A stretch of DNA of 64,000 bases, from contig CAWGAA010000001.1 in assembly GCA_963820525.1 (NCBI GenBank), forward strand, positions 1,728,001 through 1,792,000. Reading direction: 5' to 3'. Position 1 is the first letter of the stretch. Each line of letters begins with the position of its first letter. Shown one piece after another: positions 29,007 through 38,770 of the stretch. This stretch comes from an uncultured Spirochaetota bacterium. Lineage in GTDB: Bacteria > Spirochaetota > Spirochaetia > SZUA-6 > Fen-1364. The translations under genes were made by a program, and so were the position numbers. The notes below the pieces were generated by a model, which was given only the letters and a program-made list of their open reading frames with translations, did not search any database and was not told the origin of the DNA.

Positions 29007-29144
29007 TCCCACCTCCTTTTCTTCCATGGTAATACGAATTGACTCGGCCCGCAATTGAATGATTCGACGGTGTTGGGTATATTGCTTTGCGCGGGCTATA
29101 TTATATGTCGGTGTACGTTTTTCCATGCAACGAAGGAGGACAAA

Positions 29145-29675
29145 ATGGGAGAGCACTTGGATCAAATTCCGGCGCAAATCCAGAGCCACATCCGTCAGAT
29201 CACCAAGACATCCGGCCTGCCGGACACAGAGGATTCGGTTGAAATGATCGCCCAGGGCTGGCTCGAAAAAAAGGGCCTGTTCGAGAAGCAGGTGGCCGGC
29301 ATGAGCCTTGAGCAGATCGACATCCTCGAGAAGACCGACCAGCGCGGCTGCCTCGCAATGACATATTCCGGCTCCCTCCTGAACATCGGCCCCATGCGCG
29401 AGAATGGAAGGACCGTCCAGTACGTGAGCATCGGCTTGCGGCAGGACGTGCCCGAAACCGCCAACAAGGAAGGATCGGCCCTCGGCCAGGACGTGCGCGT
29501 CGGCGCGCCCGTTTCCTTCTCCACGGGTCCCATTCAGAGCTCTTCCCCCGTATTCGCCATCGCGGTCACGAGCGAGGACCTGGACCTGGAGGAGCAGGAG
29601 CGCCAGATTTCCAAGGCCACCCAGATCCTGACCCGCGAGTTCGTGGAGGTCAACAAAGAGCTGGACGCCGAGTAA
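29145..29675 (+). CDS. Hypothetical protein, stand-alone paralogue of the N-terminal domain of the HU fusion
   Basis: RBS AAGGAGG; shares SGLPDT, W.EKK..FE.Q, D.RG.L..TYSGSL...GP, Y.SI.LR.DVP and EEQE..I..AT..LT..F with 28152..29006. Confidence 0.85.
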   Translation: MGEHLDQIPAQIQSHIRQITKTSGLPDTEDSVEMIAQGWLEKKGLFEKQVAGMSLEQIDILEKTDQRGCLAMTYSGSLLNIGPMRENGRTVQYVSIGLRQDVPETANKEGSALGQDVRVGAPVSFSTGPIQSSSPVFAIAVTSEDLDLEEQERQISKATQILTREFVEVNKELDAE

Positions 29676-30698
29676 GTGACGCTCGAAGAGAGGCTGTGGG
29701 AGATCTTCCGCCGTGAAGGTCCTCCCGAAACGGAACCCTATCAGGAGTCCCTGCTGGAAACATTGGAGGTCATGGCCGCCGAACCGGGCAGCGTGCGGCC
29801 GCCCGACTCCAACGGCATTCCCGGCGGGCTGGTGATGCTTGCCCGCGACCTTCCCACGATCATCGTGCCCGACCTCCATGCGCGGATGGATTTCTTCCTG
29901 AGCGTGATGGGCTACGAGGCGGAGCCGGGCAGGAAAGCCCTCGAGCTCATGGACGCCGGACTCCTCCAGATCGTGTGCCTGGGAGACGGCGTCCACGCGG
30001 AGGGGCGCGCCGCGCGGCGCTGGAAGGCGGCCCTGCAGGAGTTCCAGGACGGTTTCGAGCGCCACCAGAGCATGGACGAGGAGATGCGGGAGAGCCTGGG
30101 AGTGATGGGCATGGTGATGGAAGTGAAGAGAGCCTGTCCAACGCGCTTTCATTTCCTCAAGGGCAACCACGAGAACATCTCCAATGAGATGGGCGGCGGC
30201 AACTTCCCCTTCCGCAAGTTCGCCCTGGAAGGCCTGATGGTCCTGACCTACATGCGCCAGTTCTACGGCGATGAGCTGTTGGGCGCATACTCGCGCTTCG
30301 AGAAGGATCTGCCGCTCCTCGCTTCCGGGCGGGGATTCCTCATCTCGCATGCCGAGCCGGCGGCCTTCTTTCCCCGCTCCCAGCTCATCGACTACCGCTC
30401 ATACCCCGATGTGGTTTCCGGGCTGACATGGACGGACAACGACGAAGCGGACGAGGGAAGCGTGCAGCAGATGCTGGACCACTACCTGGGCCCCCAGGAG
30501 GGGGAGAGAGGCTTCTACTTCGCCGGGCACCGTCCCGCTGCGGGGGGATACCGGCTGCGGGCCGACGGCAGATTCGTGCAGATCCACGACCCGGATCGCT
30601 TCGTCATCGCCCACCTTCCGGCGTCGGGGGATATCGACCTCGGCCGGGATATCAGGGAGATCGACGATACGTCCGTCATGGCGGAGGAGTATGGATAA
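29676..30698 (+). CDS. Calcineurin-like metallophosphoesterase
   Basis: PDLHA, LGDGVH, KGNHE, SHA and GHR motifs in the expected order. Confidence 0.85.
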   Translation: MTLEERLWEIFRREGPPETEPYQESLLETLEVMAAEPGSVRPPDSNGIPGGLVMLARDLPTIIVPDLHARMDFFLSVMGYEAEPGRKALELMDAGLLQIVCLGDGVHAEGRAARRWKAALQEFQDGFERHQSMDEEMRESLGVMGMVMEVKRACPTRFHFLKGNHENISNEMGGGNFPFRKFALEGLMVLTYMRQFYGDELLGAYSRFEKDLPLLASGRGFLISHAEPAAFFPRSQLIDYRSYPDVVSGLTWTDNDEADEGSVQQMLDHYLGPQEGERGFYFAGHRPAAGGYRLRADGRFVQIHDPDRFVIAHLPASGDIDLGRDIREIDDTSVMAEEYG

Positions 30699-32577
30699 CA
30701 GACAGACCAAGAAGATCGGCAAGTACGAGCTCATCGCAAAAGTAGCCCAGGGAGGGATGGGCGCCCTGTACAAGGCGAAGCATCCCACCCTGGGCAGGGT
30801 CGTGCTCTTGAAGAAGCTCGCCCTGCGGGGAGGCAGCCAGTTCGTGGAGCGCTTCAAGAGGGAAGCCCGCATCATGATGGATTTCAAGAACGATCACATC
30901 GTCCAGGTCTACGACCACTTCAAGGAAGGCCTCCACTACTTCATCGTGGAAGAGTACGTGGACGGCATCTCGTTGGACGCGCTGATCAGGAAGGAGCGCT
31001 ACCTCACGAACGAGGCGGCCATGCTGATCCTCTACGAGGTATGCAAGGCCCTGAAGTACGCCCATGACAAGCAGGTGATCCACCGCGACATAAAGCCGGG
31101 CAACATCCTCATCTCCAAGGAAGGGGAGGTGAAGCTGGTGGACTTCGGGATCGCCACCTCCCTGGAAGAAACGGACGACGGTCTGACGCGCGACGGAATG
31201 ATGCTGGGCACTCCCGCCTACGTCCCGCCCGAGCAGATCGACAACGCCAAGAACGTGGACAGGCGCGCTGACATCTACTCCCTCGGAGTGGTGATCTACG
31301 AGATGCTCACGGGCAAGACCCCGTTCCCCGGTTCCTTCACGGCGGAGACGATCAACCTGATCCACAAGGGCAGGTACGTGCCGCCGCAGCGCCTCAATCG
31401 CAAGATCGCCCCCCTCATGGCCCGCATCGTGCGCAAGTGCATGCGGGTAAGGCCGAAACGGCGCTTCCAGGACCTGCATGAGATCATCCGGCTGCTGGAA
31501 AAGCGCATCAAGCGCAAGGATCCCGTCTCCATCAAGCACGCCATAAGAAACGTGCTCGCTGATAAAGACATCAGGGACATCTTCAAGAGGAGGAGCTCCT
31601 GGCCGGGGCGCATCATTGCCGCCGTTGTCCTTCTGGCGGCCCTTGCAGCGGGCGGCTACTACCTGTACCAGCAGGGCGCCGTCTTCGAGTACCTTGCCCC
31701 GGATCGCTACGGCGCGCTTATCATCTCCGCCCAGGTTGCCTCCTCCTACAAGGACCCCGGGGAGATCTACTTCAAGCCGGTGCTCTACAGGGAGAACGGA
31801 AACGACATCACGCGCCTGGACGGAATAGATTTCGGCCTGCACGAAAACACGGCCAAGCGCGCGGGCCAGAGCTTCGTCCTGGAAACCAGGCGCATCTACC
31901 TCGAGGCGGGAAGGTACAGGCTGAAAGTCGGCCTGGAAGGCCAGCTGTACTGGAGCTCGTTCACCCTGTCCCCGCGCCTGGTTCAGAGGCAGCTCCTGGC
32001 CACCGTGGACGGCATGCGCATCGACCTGCGTCAGGGAAGCGGCGCGCCGCAGCCGCTCCAGGTGATGGAATCGGTGAGCGACGCGTACACGGGGGAGGAC
32101 CTTTCGTATTCGGCGGATATCAACCTCTGGATCAATGACCGCTTCGTTCCCGGGGGCCTCGCGGGCAGGGACAAGCTCTTCTCGGGGGCGACCTACCGGT
32201 TCGTCGTATCCATGCAGGGCTACTATCCCCAGACCTACAACCTGATTGTGAAACCCTACCAGACCGTCGTGAATCTCCAGGCGAGCCTCGTGCCTCACCC
32301 GGGAACCCTGGTCCTGCGCTCCTCCACCGACGGCGTGAGCCTTCAGCTGAACGGCTCCGACTTCTACTCGACGGGCGGAATGAAACCAGAGTACAAGAAG
32401 CTCGAGCCCCTCGGCGTGGAGAACCGGCGGCTCGCGGTGCAGCCGGGACAATACACGATGACGGCCAGGAGGTTCGCATCCTCCCGGACGCTCACATTCC
32501 ACGTGGATCCCGACGCCTCCCTCGAGATCGACTTCTCATTGGACAATGGGAGCCTGAACGCCATGGTGAAACCATAG
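30691..32577 (+). CDS. Membrane-anchored Hanks-type Ser/Thr protein kinase with beta-rich extracytoplasmic region
   Basis: QGGMG, HRDIKPGN, DFG, GTPAYVPPEQ, DIYSLG; single TM helix after the kinase domain. Confidence 0.95.
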   Translation: MDNRQTKKIGKYELIAKVAQGGMGALYKAKHPTLGRVVLLKKLALRGGSQFVERFKREARIMMDFKNDHIVQVYDHFKEGLHYFIVEEYVDGISLDALIRKERYLTNEAAMLILYEVCKALKYAHDKQVIHRDIKPGNILISKEGEVKLVDFGIATSLEETDDGLTRDGMMLGTPAYVPPEQIDNAKNVDRRADIYSLGVVIYEMLTGKTPFPGSFTAETINLIHKGRYVPPQRLNRKIAPLMARIVRKCMRVRPKRRFQDLHEIIRLLEKRIKRKDPVSIKHAIRNVLADKDIRDIFKRRSSWPGRIIAAVVLLAALAAGGYYLYQQGAVFEYLAPDRYGALIISAQVASSYKDPGEIYFKPVLYRENGNDITRLDGIDFGLHENTAKRAGQSFVLETRRIYLEAGRYRLKVGLEGQLYWSSFTLSPRLVQRQLLATVDGMRIDLRQGSGAPQPLQVMESVSDAYTGEDLSYSADINLWINDRFVPGGLAGRDKLFSGATYRFVVSMQGYYPQTYNLIVKPYQTVVNLQASLVPHPGTLVLRSSTDGVSLQLNGSDFYSTGGMKPEYKKLEPLGVENRRLAVQPGQYTMTARRFASSRTLTFHVDPDASLEIDFSLDNGSLNAMVKP

Positions 32578-32580
32578 GGG

Positions 32581-33477
32581 GTGCTCATGACTACGCTCAT
32601 TCGAAGACTGATTATCCTTGCCCTGGGAGTGCTCGCCGGTATCGCCGTCTGGCCGGCGGCCGAGCTCATTCTTTTCCTCCAGAGCGGCTTCCCCTCCTAC
32701 CTCGCCTTCCTCGCGGTCCTGGGCGCGGTCGTCGGCGCCCTCATGGGGGCTTTCTTCGGCGTGGCCGAGGGGATCACCTCGAGGATAAGGCTGAGAATTC
32801 CAAACGGCATGGCCCTCGGCGCCGCGGTTGGACTGGTGGGAGGGGCCCTGGGAGCCCTCGTCGGCCAGGCCGCGCTGTGGCTGATCGGCGGCCTGGTCCT
32901 CCGGTCCTACGCCAACTTCCAATGGGTGGTGCTCCCCGTCTCCCGGGCGATCGGGTGGGCGGTGCTGGGCATCTTCGTCGGGGCGGGGGAAGGTGTACGC
33001 GCTTCCTCACCGAAGAAGATCACGGTGGGAGTCATTGGAGGGCTCCTGGGCGGAATCGTGGGGGGTTTTGCCCTGGAGTACTCGCGCCTGCTTCTGCCCC
33101 ACACCTTCTTTTCGAGGCTCATCGGGCTTCTGATCCTGGGTTGTGCCATCGCTTTCTTCTACGCCCTGATCGAGCAGGGCATGTCGTTCGGCGTCGTTCG
33201 CATCCTCACCGGGGAGCTCAAGGGAAAGGAGTTCCTCATCAACCAGGGCAGGATGCGCATCGGCCGCTCGCGGCGGGCCGAGATCGCCCTGCCGACCTAC
33301 GAAGACCTGGCGGACACCCAGGCCGAGCTTCGAATCAGGAAGGGGGATCTGTACCTGGCCAACCTCGAGCCGAGGCTCCCCATGCTCGTCAATGAGAAAA
33401 AAACAGAGGAGCAGAAGCTGAAGCTCGGGGACGTGATCAAGATCGGCTCCGCCAAGATCTTCTACAAATACGAGTGA
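32581..33477 (+). CDS. Gly-rich polytopic membrane protein with C-terminal FHA-like domain
   Basis: About six GxxxG-rich helices; GKEFLI...IGRS...VNE...LKLGDVIKIG. Confidence 0.85.
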   Translation: MLMTTLIRRLIILALGVLAGIAVWPAAELILFLQSGFPSYLAFLAVLGAVVGALMGAFFGVAEGITSRIRLRIPNGMALGAAVGLVGGALGALVGQAALWLIGGLVLRSYANFQWVVLPVSRAIGWAVLGIFVGAGEGVRASSPKKITVGVIGGLLGGIVGGFALEYSRLLLPHTFFSRLIGLLILGCAIAFFYALIEQGMSFGVVRILTGELKGKEFLINQGRMRIGRSRRAEIALPTYEDLADTQAELRIRKGDLYLANLEPRLPMLVNEKKTEEQKLKLGDVIKIGSAKIFYKYE

Positions 33478-33488
33478 GGGAGAAACCC

Positions 33489-34910
33489 ATGCGCATGACA
33501 CGCTTTTTGATACCGCTCGCTCTTGTGGCGAGCTCCGCTTTCGCAATCAATGTGAGCCTGGCGCAGATCGACGCCTCGGGCCTTCTTCTCACGCAGAACG
33601 TGAACGCGTACATCAGCGTCACCGACGACCAGGGGCTCCCCGTGGAGGGATTGTCCCGTGAGGCGTTCGCCGTTATGGAATCGTCGGACGGGCAGAGCTT
33701 CCAGAGAATCGACAGGATTACCGGCTTCAAGCCGGCCGCCGGCTCCAGCGAGGGCATAACATTCATGCTCCTCATCGACAACTCGGGAAGCATGTACGAT
33801 ACGCTGGATGGAAAGCCCACAACGGATCCCGCCCAGATGCGCATCACCCTGGTCAAGGAGGCGGTCCGCACCTTCCTCTCCAGCATGACGAGCCCCCGGG
33901 ACAGGGTCGGGCTCGTCGCTTTCAACACCTTCTATACGAAGGTATCGGGGCCCATCGCGGATCGGGCGCACATCGCACGCCTCCTGGACGAGATCAAGAG
34001 GCCCACCCCCGACCAGGCCTACACCGAGCTGTACGCCGGCCTCTCCCTGGCCGCGCGTGATTTCGCGGGAGTGGGCGGGCGCAAGGCCATCATCGTCCTC
34101 ACGGACGGCGAGAACTACCCCTACGCCCAGTACTCGGGAAAACCACACCCGGTTTTCGGATCCCGGATAGCCGAGTACGGCGAGCCCATCCAGGCGAGCC
34201 AGGAGGAGGGCGTCACCATCTACGGCATCAATTTCGCCAAGGCGAACGACAAGAACATGCGCGCCATAACCCTCGAGACCGGCGGACAGATGTTCGACGC
34301 CAAGAACGGCGAGGAGCTGGCCGGGGTCTACCGGACCATCCACCAGCGGGTGGCGGGCGAGTACCTCCTCACCTACCGCGCCCTCACCACCCCCGCGGAG
34401 AAGAAATACGTCCGGGTGGACGTCAGCGCGCAAGGCGCCGAGCAGTCCGCCACGCGCTTCTACTTCGCCAGCACCGTTTTCGGGCTTCCGCTGAGCAGGC
34501 TCACTTTCCTGCTCCTGATTCCCTTCATTCTCGCCTTCCTCCTGGTATGGGTCCTCACTCTCCTGAAGCTGGAGAGGGGGCTCGGGCCCGCCAACCTCGA
34601 GGTGATCCAGACGCAGGTCGGTTTCCCGTCGGCCAAGACGATCCCCCTGGGAAGCGCCAAGACGGTGATCGGAGGGGGCAAGAGCGCGGACCTCACCATC
34701 GTGGGGGCTCCCCAGGTGAAGGAGCAGCACGCCACGATCCTCTTCGACCCCAAGGACAAAAGCTATACGGTCGTGGGCGGAGGGGATATCACGGTGAACA
34801 ACCAGCCCGTGAAGACGAGGAAGCTCGAGCCCGGAGACGTCATTGACGTGGGCGGCGCCACGATCGTGTTCGACGAGGGGAAGGAAGAGGAGAAAAAAAA
34901 GAAGGGGTAG
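33489..34910 (+). CDS. Signal peptide-vWA-TM-FHA-like protein
   Basis: MIDAS DNSGS...T...TDGE; TM helix; VIGGG...QHA...VNN...LEPGDVIDVG. Confidence 0.88.
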   Translation: MRMTRFLIPLALVASSAFAINVSLAQIDASGLLLTQNVNAYISVTDDQGLPVEGLSREAFAVMESSDGQSFQRIDRITGFKPAAGSSEGITFMLLIDNSGSMYDTLDGKPTTDPAQMRITLVKEAVRTFLSSMTSPRDRVGLVAFNTFYTKVSGPIADRAHIARLLDEIKRPTPDQAYTELYAGLSLAARDFAGVGGRKAIIVLTDGENYPYAQYSGKPHPVFGSRIAEYGEPIQASQEEGVTIYGINFAKANDKNMRAITLETGGQMFDAKNGEELAGVYRTIHQRVAGEYLLTYRALTTPAEKKYVRVDVSAQGAEQSATRFYFASTVFGLPLSRLTFLLLIPFILAFLLVWVLTLLKLERGLGPANLEVIQTQVGFPSAKTIPLGSAKTVIGGGKSADLTIVGAPQVKEQHATILFDPKDKSYTVVGGGDITVNNQPVKTRKLEPGDVIDVGGATIVFDEGKEEEKKKKG

Positions 34911-35874
34911 GCAGCCGCACGCGGGCGAGGTACACGCTCGCCCTGCCCTCATGCGAGGAGTAGTAACTCACCCAGAGAAGCCCTCCGTGCCAGGCGAGCC
35001 CGGGATAGCTGCAGTCGCCTTCGCTTGGAAGCTCCAGCACGGGTCGATACTCCCGCGGTCCAATGGCCGCGATGACGGTGCGATACCCATCCCCCGTGTA
35101 AGCCCTGCCGGCGGCCCATATGCTCCCATCCGGCAGCACGATGAAGTTGGGCCCGCCGATCCGCTGGCCGGCCGGATGCCACTTCCATTTCGCATACGGC
35201 GGCGGGCTCGTCCCGATCCAGGCCTGCCTGTCTCCGCCCTCCCGGCGGACAAGAGCCATGGCGCTGCCGTCGGACAGGAAGCGGAGAGTGGTCTCGTTTG
35301 GCTTCCCGGGCACGGCCAGGCGGCACACCTCCCGGTAGTCGACCCCGTCGCCGCTTGAGACGAGGGTGATGTCCCATCTCTCTGCGTTTCTTATGGTGTA
35401 GGAGACCCCGTACGCCCTGCCCTGGTGCCACGTCACCCTCCAGAGCCAGTCGCCGTCCGCCAGGATCGCGAGAGGCCTGCTCCATCGGCGGTCCTTGCCC
35501 TGAAACGAGACGCGAGGCCTGCGTCCGGGGGATCCGCACTCCCCCCGCGCTGTGCCGCCCATCAGAAGCATGAGTCGTCCGTCTGGAGTTGTGCAAAGCT
35601 TCGGGTCGCGCAGGTCCACACCCTGCTCCGCGATGATGGCCGCCGGCTTCCATGATCGGCCGTCGGCGGACTCGATGATGCGGACCCTGCCGTCGCCCTC
35701 CACGTGAGAGGAGGCTTCCCGAAATGCGCAGTACCACTTCCCCCGCAGGCGGATGAGGTCCGTGAAGGCGCTGTGCTCCGCGCGGTCCCAGATCTTCTCA
35801 AGCGATAGGATCCTGGCGGCGCCCGTGGTCCCCTGCCGCGCTTTTCCTGAAGCGTTGCGGGCGGCGCCGCTCAT
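34840..35874 (-). CDS. Sialidase-like (Asp-box) beta-propeller protein
   Basis: HSAFTDL, SADGRSW, DLRDPKL, SGDGVDY, GDCSYPG, YYSSHEG. Confidence 0.75.
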   Translation of the reverse strand: MSGAARNASGKARQGTTGAARILSLEKIWDRAEHSAFTDLIRLRGKWYCAFREASSHVEGDGRVRIIESADGRSWKPAAIIAEQGVDLRDPKLCTTPDGRLMLLMGGTARGECGSPGRRPRVSFQGKDRRWSRPLAILADGDWLWRVTWHQGRAYGVSYTIRNAERWDITLVSSGDGVDYREVCRLAVPGKPNETTLRFLSDGSAMALVRREGGDRQAWIGTSPPPYAKWKWHPAGQRIGGPNFIVLPDGSIWAAGRAYTGDGYRTVIAAIGPREYRPVLELPSEGDCSYPGLAWHGGLLWVSYYSSHEGRASVYLARVRLPTPSFFSPLPSPRRTRSWRRPRQ

Positions 35875-36566
35875 GTCACCGGGCGGACGAGGTAGGAGAG
35901 AATGTCGCTCATGATGGGGGAGGCGTTTTTGTAGAGCTCGGCCGGCGCCGAGAGGATCTCCTCCTCGGATTGCACGGAGCCGGCTGAGGAGAGATCGCTC
36001 CGGTAGTTTTTAATCAGGAGGGCCACGCTTTCCGGGGTGCACTCCAGGTGGAACTGCAGGCCGATGATCCTCTCTCCGATCTGAAACGCCTGGTTTTCGC
36101 AGCCCTCGCTTCTGGCCAGGAGGATCGCTTCCTTGGGAACGTCGAAGGTCTCTCCATGCCAGTGAAACGCCATGAACCTGACGGGAAGCCGCACCATACC
36201 GGCCGGGACGGGAACGGACCAGACGGGAAACCAGCCGATCTCCCTCACCTTGTTGGGGCGGATGCGCGCGCCATAGGCGTCCGCGATGAGCTGGGCTCCG
36301 AGGCAGACGCCCAGCATCGCGATACCGAGGGAACCTGCCTCCCGGATGAAGCGCTTTTCCACCTTCAGCCAGGAATGCGCGGCCTCCTCGTTCGAGCTCA
36401 TGGGCCCTCCCATGGCGATCACGAGGTCCAGCCCGCTCGGATCCAGCGGTATCTCATCGAGAAAGAAGCGTGTGCTGCTGACTTCGGCTTCATGGTCCCT
36501 GAGCCATTCGCGGATGCTCCCCAGACCCTCGAATGGGACATGCTGAAGGATGTGGACTTTCATCAT
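35871..36566 (-). CDS. Type 1 glutamine amidotransferase (GMP-synthase-like, stand-alone)
   Basis: MGGPMS, GVCLGAQL, QFHLE. Confidence 0.9.
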   Translation of the reverse strand: MMKVHILQHVPFEGLGSIREWLRDHEAEVSSTRFFLDEIPLDPSGLDLVIAMGGPMSSNEEAAHSWLKVEKRFIREAGSLGIAMLGVCLGAQLIADAYGARIRPNKVREIGWFPVWSVPVPAGMVRLPVRFMAFHWHGETFDVPKEAILLARSEGCENQAFQIGERIIGLQFHLECTPESVALLIKNYRSDLSSAGSVQSEEEILSAPAELYKNASPIMSDILSYLVRPVT

Positions 36567-36647
36567 TCGGCCCCCGCGCGTATGCTATCGAGCTTTCCCG
36601 AGGGGAACAAGCCCTGCACTGTTTTTTTTGGTACGTTATAGCCTACC

Positions 36648-37541
36648 ATGAAAACGAACCTGGAAAGGCGCTCCGAGATGCATCTGGCGGCGGCGATCGC
36701 GCAGAGCGCCCTGATCATATCCCTCATGGGCGGGGTGTGCGCCCTACTCGCGTGGTCTCTTTTCGGACCGGAAGCCCTTCCCTGGGGCGCCGGGATCGCG
36801 GTGGCAGCCCTTCTTGTCAGCCCGAGAATCTCGCCCCAAACGGTCATGCGCATGTTCAGGGGGCGCCTCCTGGCGCCCGCGCAGGCTCCCGAGGTCTTCG
36901 ACGTTCTGGAGTCTCTGGCAATACGGGCGGGGCTTTCCGTGACTCCGAGGCTGTATCTCGTGCCCTCCGCTGAAGCGAATGCCCTCTCGGTGGGAAGCAG
37001 GAACAACTCAGCGGTCGCGCTCACCCAGGGGCTCATCGACTCCCTCAGCTTGAGGGAGCTTGCCGGGGTGATCGGCCACGAGATCGGCCACATCGCCTCG
37101 GGAGATCTCTGGGTCATGAACCTCGCCCGGACGGCGAGCCAGATCACCTCGGGCCTCGCGTTCATCGGGCGGATCCTTCTGCTGATCAACCTGCCCCTGA
37201 TCCTCTTCGGGGCGGCAGGGCTGCCCTGGCTGTTCGTGCTTCTCCTGGTGGCCGCGCCGCTTGCCACCAGCCTCCTGGAGCTTGCCCTCTCGCGGGCACG
37301 GGAGTTCGCCGCGGACAGGATCGCAGCCGATCTCACGGGAGATCCCAAAGGCTTCGCCTCGGCGCTGGAGAAGATCGACCGGCGTTCCTCCCTGCTTGCG
37401 CGGATCTTCGGGATTCCCGGCCGCCGCGGCGGCTCACCCTTTTTGAGCACCCACCCGCCGAACGAACAACGGATCAAGAGGCTTCTGGAAAACAGGGAGC
37501 GGCGGGACCTGGAAACCTCTCCGGGCGTTCCCTTTCTCTAG
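36648..37541 (+). CDS. M48/HtpX-family zinc metalloprotease
   Basis: HEIGH, SRAREFAAD, STHP. Confidence 0.9.
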   Translation: MKTNLERRSEMHLAAAIAQSALIISLMGGVCALLAWSLFGPEALPWGAGIAVAALLVSPRISPQTVMRMFRGRLLAPAQAPEVFDVLESLAIRAGLSVTPRLYLVPSAEANALSVGSRNNSAVALTQGLIDSLSLRELAGVIGHEIGHIASGDLWVMNLARTASQITSGLAFIGRILLLINLPLILFGAAGLPWLFVLLLVAAPLATSLLELALSRAREFAADRIAADLTGDPKGFASALEKIDRRSSLLARIFGIPGRRGGSPFLSTHPPNEQRIKRLLENRERRDLETSPGVPFL

Positions 37542-37559
37542 AAGGGATCAGCGGGCCGC

Positions 37560-38675
37560 TCACTGCGCGAGAGCATGAAGGAACTCCTCCAGGCGCGATA
37601 CGGCTTGCCCGAGGTTCGCCCGGCCGAACCCGACGCGGAAATGCTCGTTGTCATTGCCGAACACGGTGCCCGGCAGAAGGAGCACTCCCACTTCCCTTAC
37701 CAGCGAGTCGCAGAAGCCTTCGGCCCCTCCGCCAAGCAGGCGTGGGAAGGCGACCGGACCGGCCTTCGGGGGCCGCCACTGGAACCGCGCGGGGTATCGC
37801 GCGAAGAAGGCGTCCAGAACCGGAAGGTTTTCCCCGATGATACGCCGGCTTCGGGCTGCGAGGGCCTGCCTGTGGCGGAGCGCAAGCTCGGCCAGGAACT
37901 CGCCGGGCGCGCTGGCGCAGATCGTCGTGTAATCCTTCATGCGCGCCATATCGGCCAGGAGCCGCGAGTGCCGCGTGGCAACCCAGCCGATACGGAGCCC
38001 GGGCAGGCCGTACGTCTTGGACATGACACCCAGGGACACGGCGCGATCGGAGAGGTCGCAGGCGGCGGGGAGCCGGTCTTCCTCCCTGTGCTCCGATTCC
38101 CGGTACACCTCGTCACAGAAGAGGATGATCCCGGCGGCATCTGCGATCCTGGCCACCTCCTGAAGAACGTCCCGGCTCATCAGATAGCCGGTGGGATTGT
38201 GGGGCGTGTTGATGATGATGGCCTTCGTTTCGGGACGCACGAGGGCGCGGAGCTCTTCGGGATCGAGGGCCCATCCCTCCTGTTCCCGGGCGATCCACCG
38301 CGACACCGTACAGCCGATGCTCGAGGCGATCTCGAAGAGCGACTGGTAGCAGGGCCAGTGAACGATGACGTGATCCGCGGCCGCCAGGGCTGCATGCATG
38401 AAAGCGAAGATCGCCTCCTCGGCTCCGCTGAAGACGAGGGTGTCATCCGGCCGGATGGTCCGGTATATGCCGCTGATCTCCCGACGCAGCGATGGATTGC
38501 CCGGGCTCTCCGTGTATCCGAGGCGAAGGGCGAGGAGGCTTTCTCGGGCGCCGGGCTCGAAGAAGAGAAGCTCATTGACGCTCATCGACTCGCAGTCGGA
38601 GGCGCACAGCACGTGCCGCACGGCGAACTCATAGCGCGCGAGATACCGCTCCAGGGCGAAAGGTGTGATCTTCAT
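37560..38675 (-). CDS. PLP-dependent aminotransferase class I/II
   Basis: PHNPTG, DEVY, MSKTYGLPGLRIGW. Confidence 0.9.
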   Translation of the reverse strand: MKITPFALERYLARYEFAVRHVLCASDCESMSVNELLFFEPGARESLLALRLGYTESPGNPSLRREISGIYRTIRPDDTLVFSGAEEAIFAFMHAALAAADHVIVHWPCYQSLFEIASSIGCTVSRWIAREQEGWALDPEELRALVRPETKAIIINTPHNPTGYLMSRDVLQEVARIADAAGIILFCDEVYRESEHREEDRLPAACDLSDRAVSLGVMSKTYGLPGLRIGWVATRHSRLLADMARMKDYTTICASAPGEFLAELALRHRQALAARSRRIIGENLPVLDAFFARYPARFQWRPPKAGPVAFPRLLGGGAEGFCDSLVREVGVLLLPGTVFGNDNEHFRVGFGRANLGQAVSRLEEFLHALAQ

Positions 38676-38770
38676 GATTGCACGACCATACCCCTTGCGC
38701 TAGAAAACATCAAACAGAGCACCGCTTTGCCTTATTCCGCCGCCTTCGCTACCTTTTCACTGGCTGGTAT

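Noticed and set aside
28152..30350. 732-aa giant HU fusion
   Set aside because: The extension upstream of 29006 is antisense to real + genes; a strong RBS precedes MSDY.
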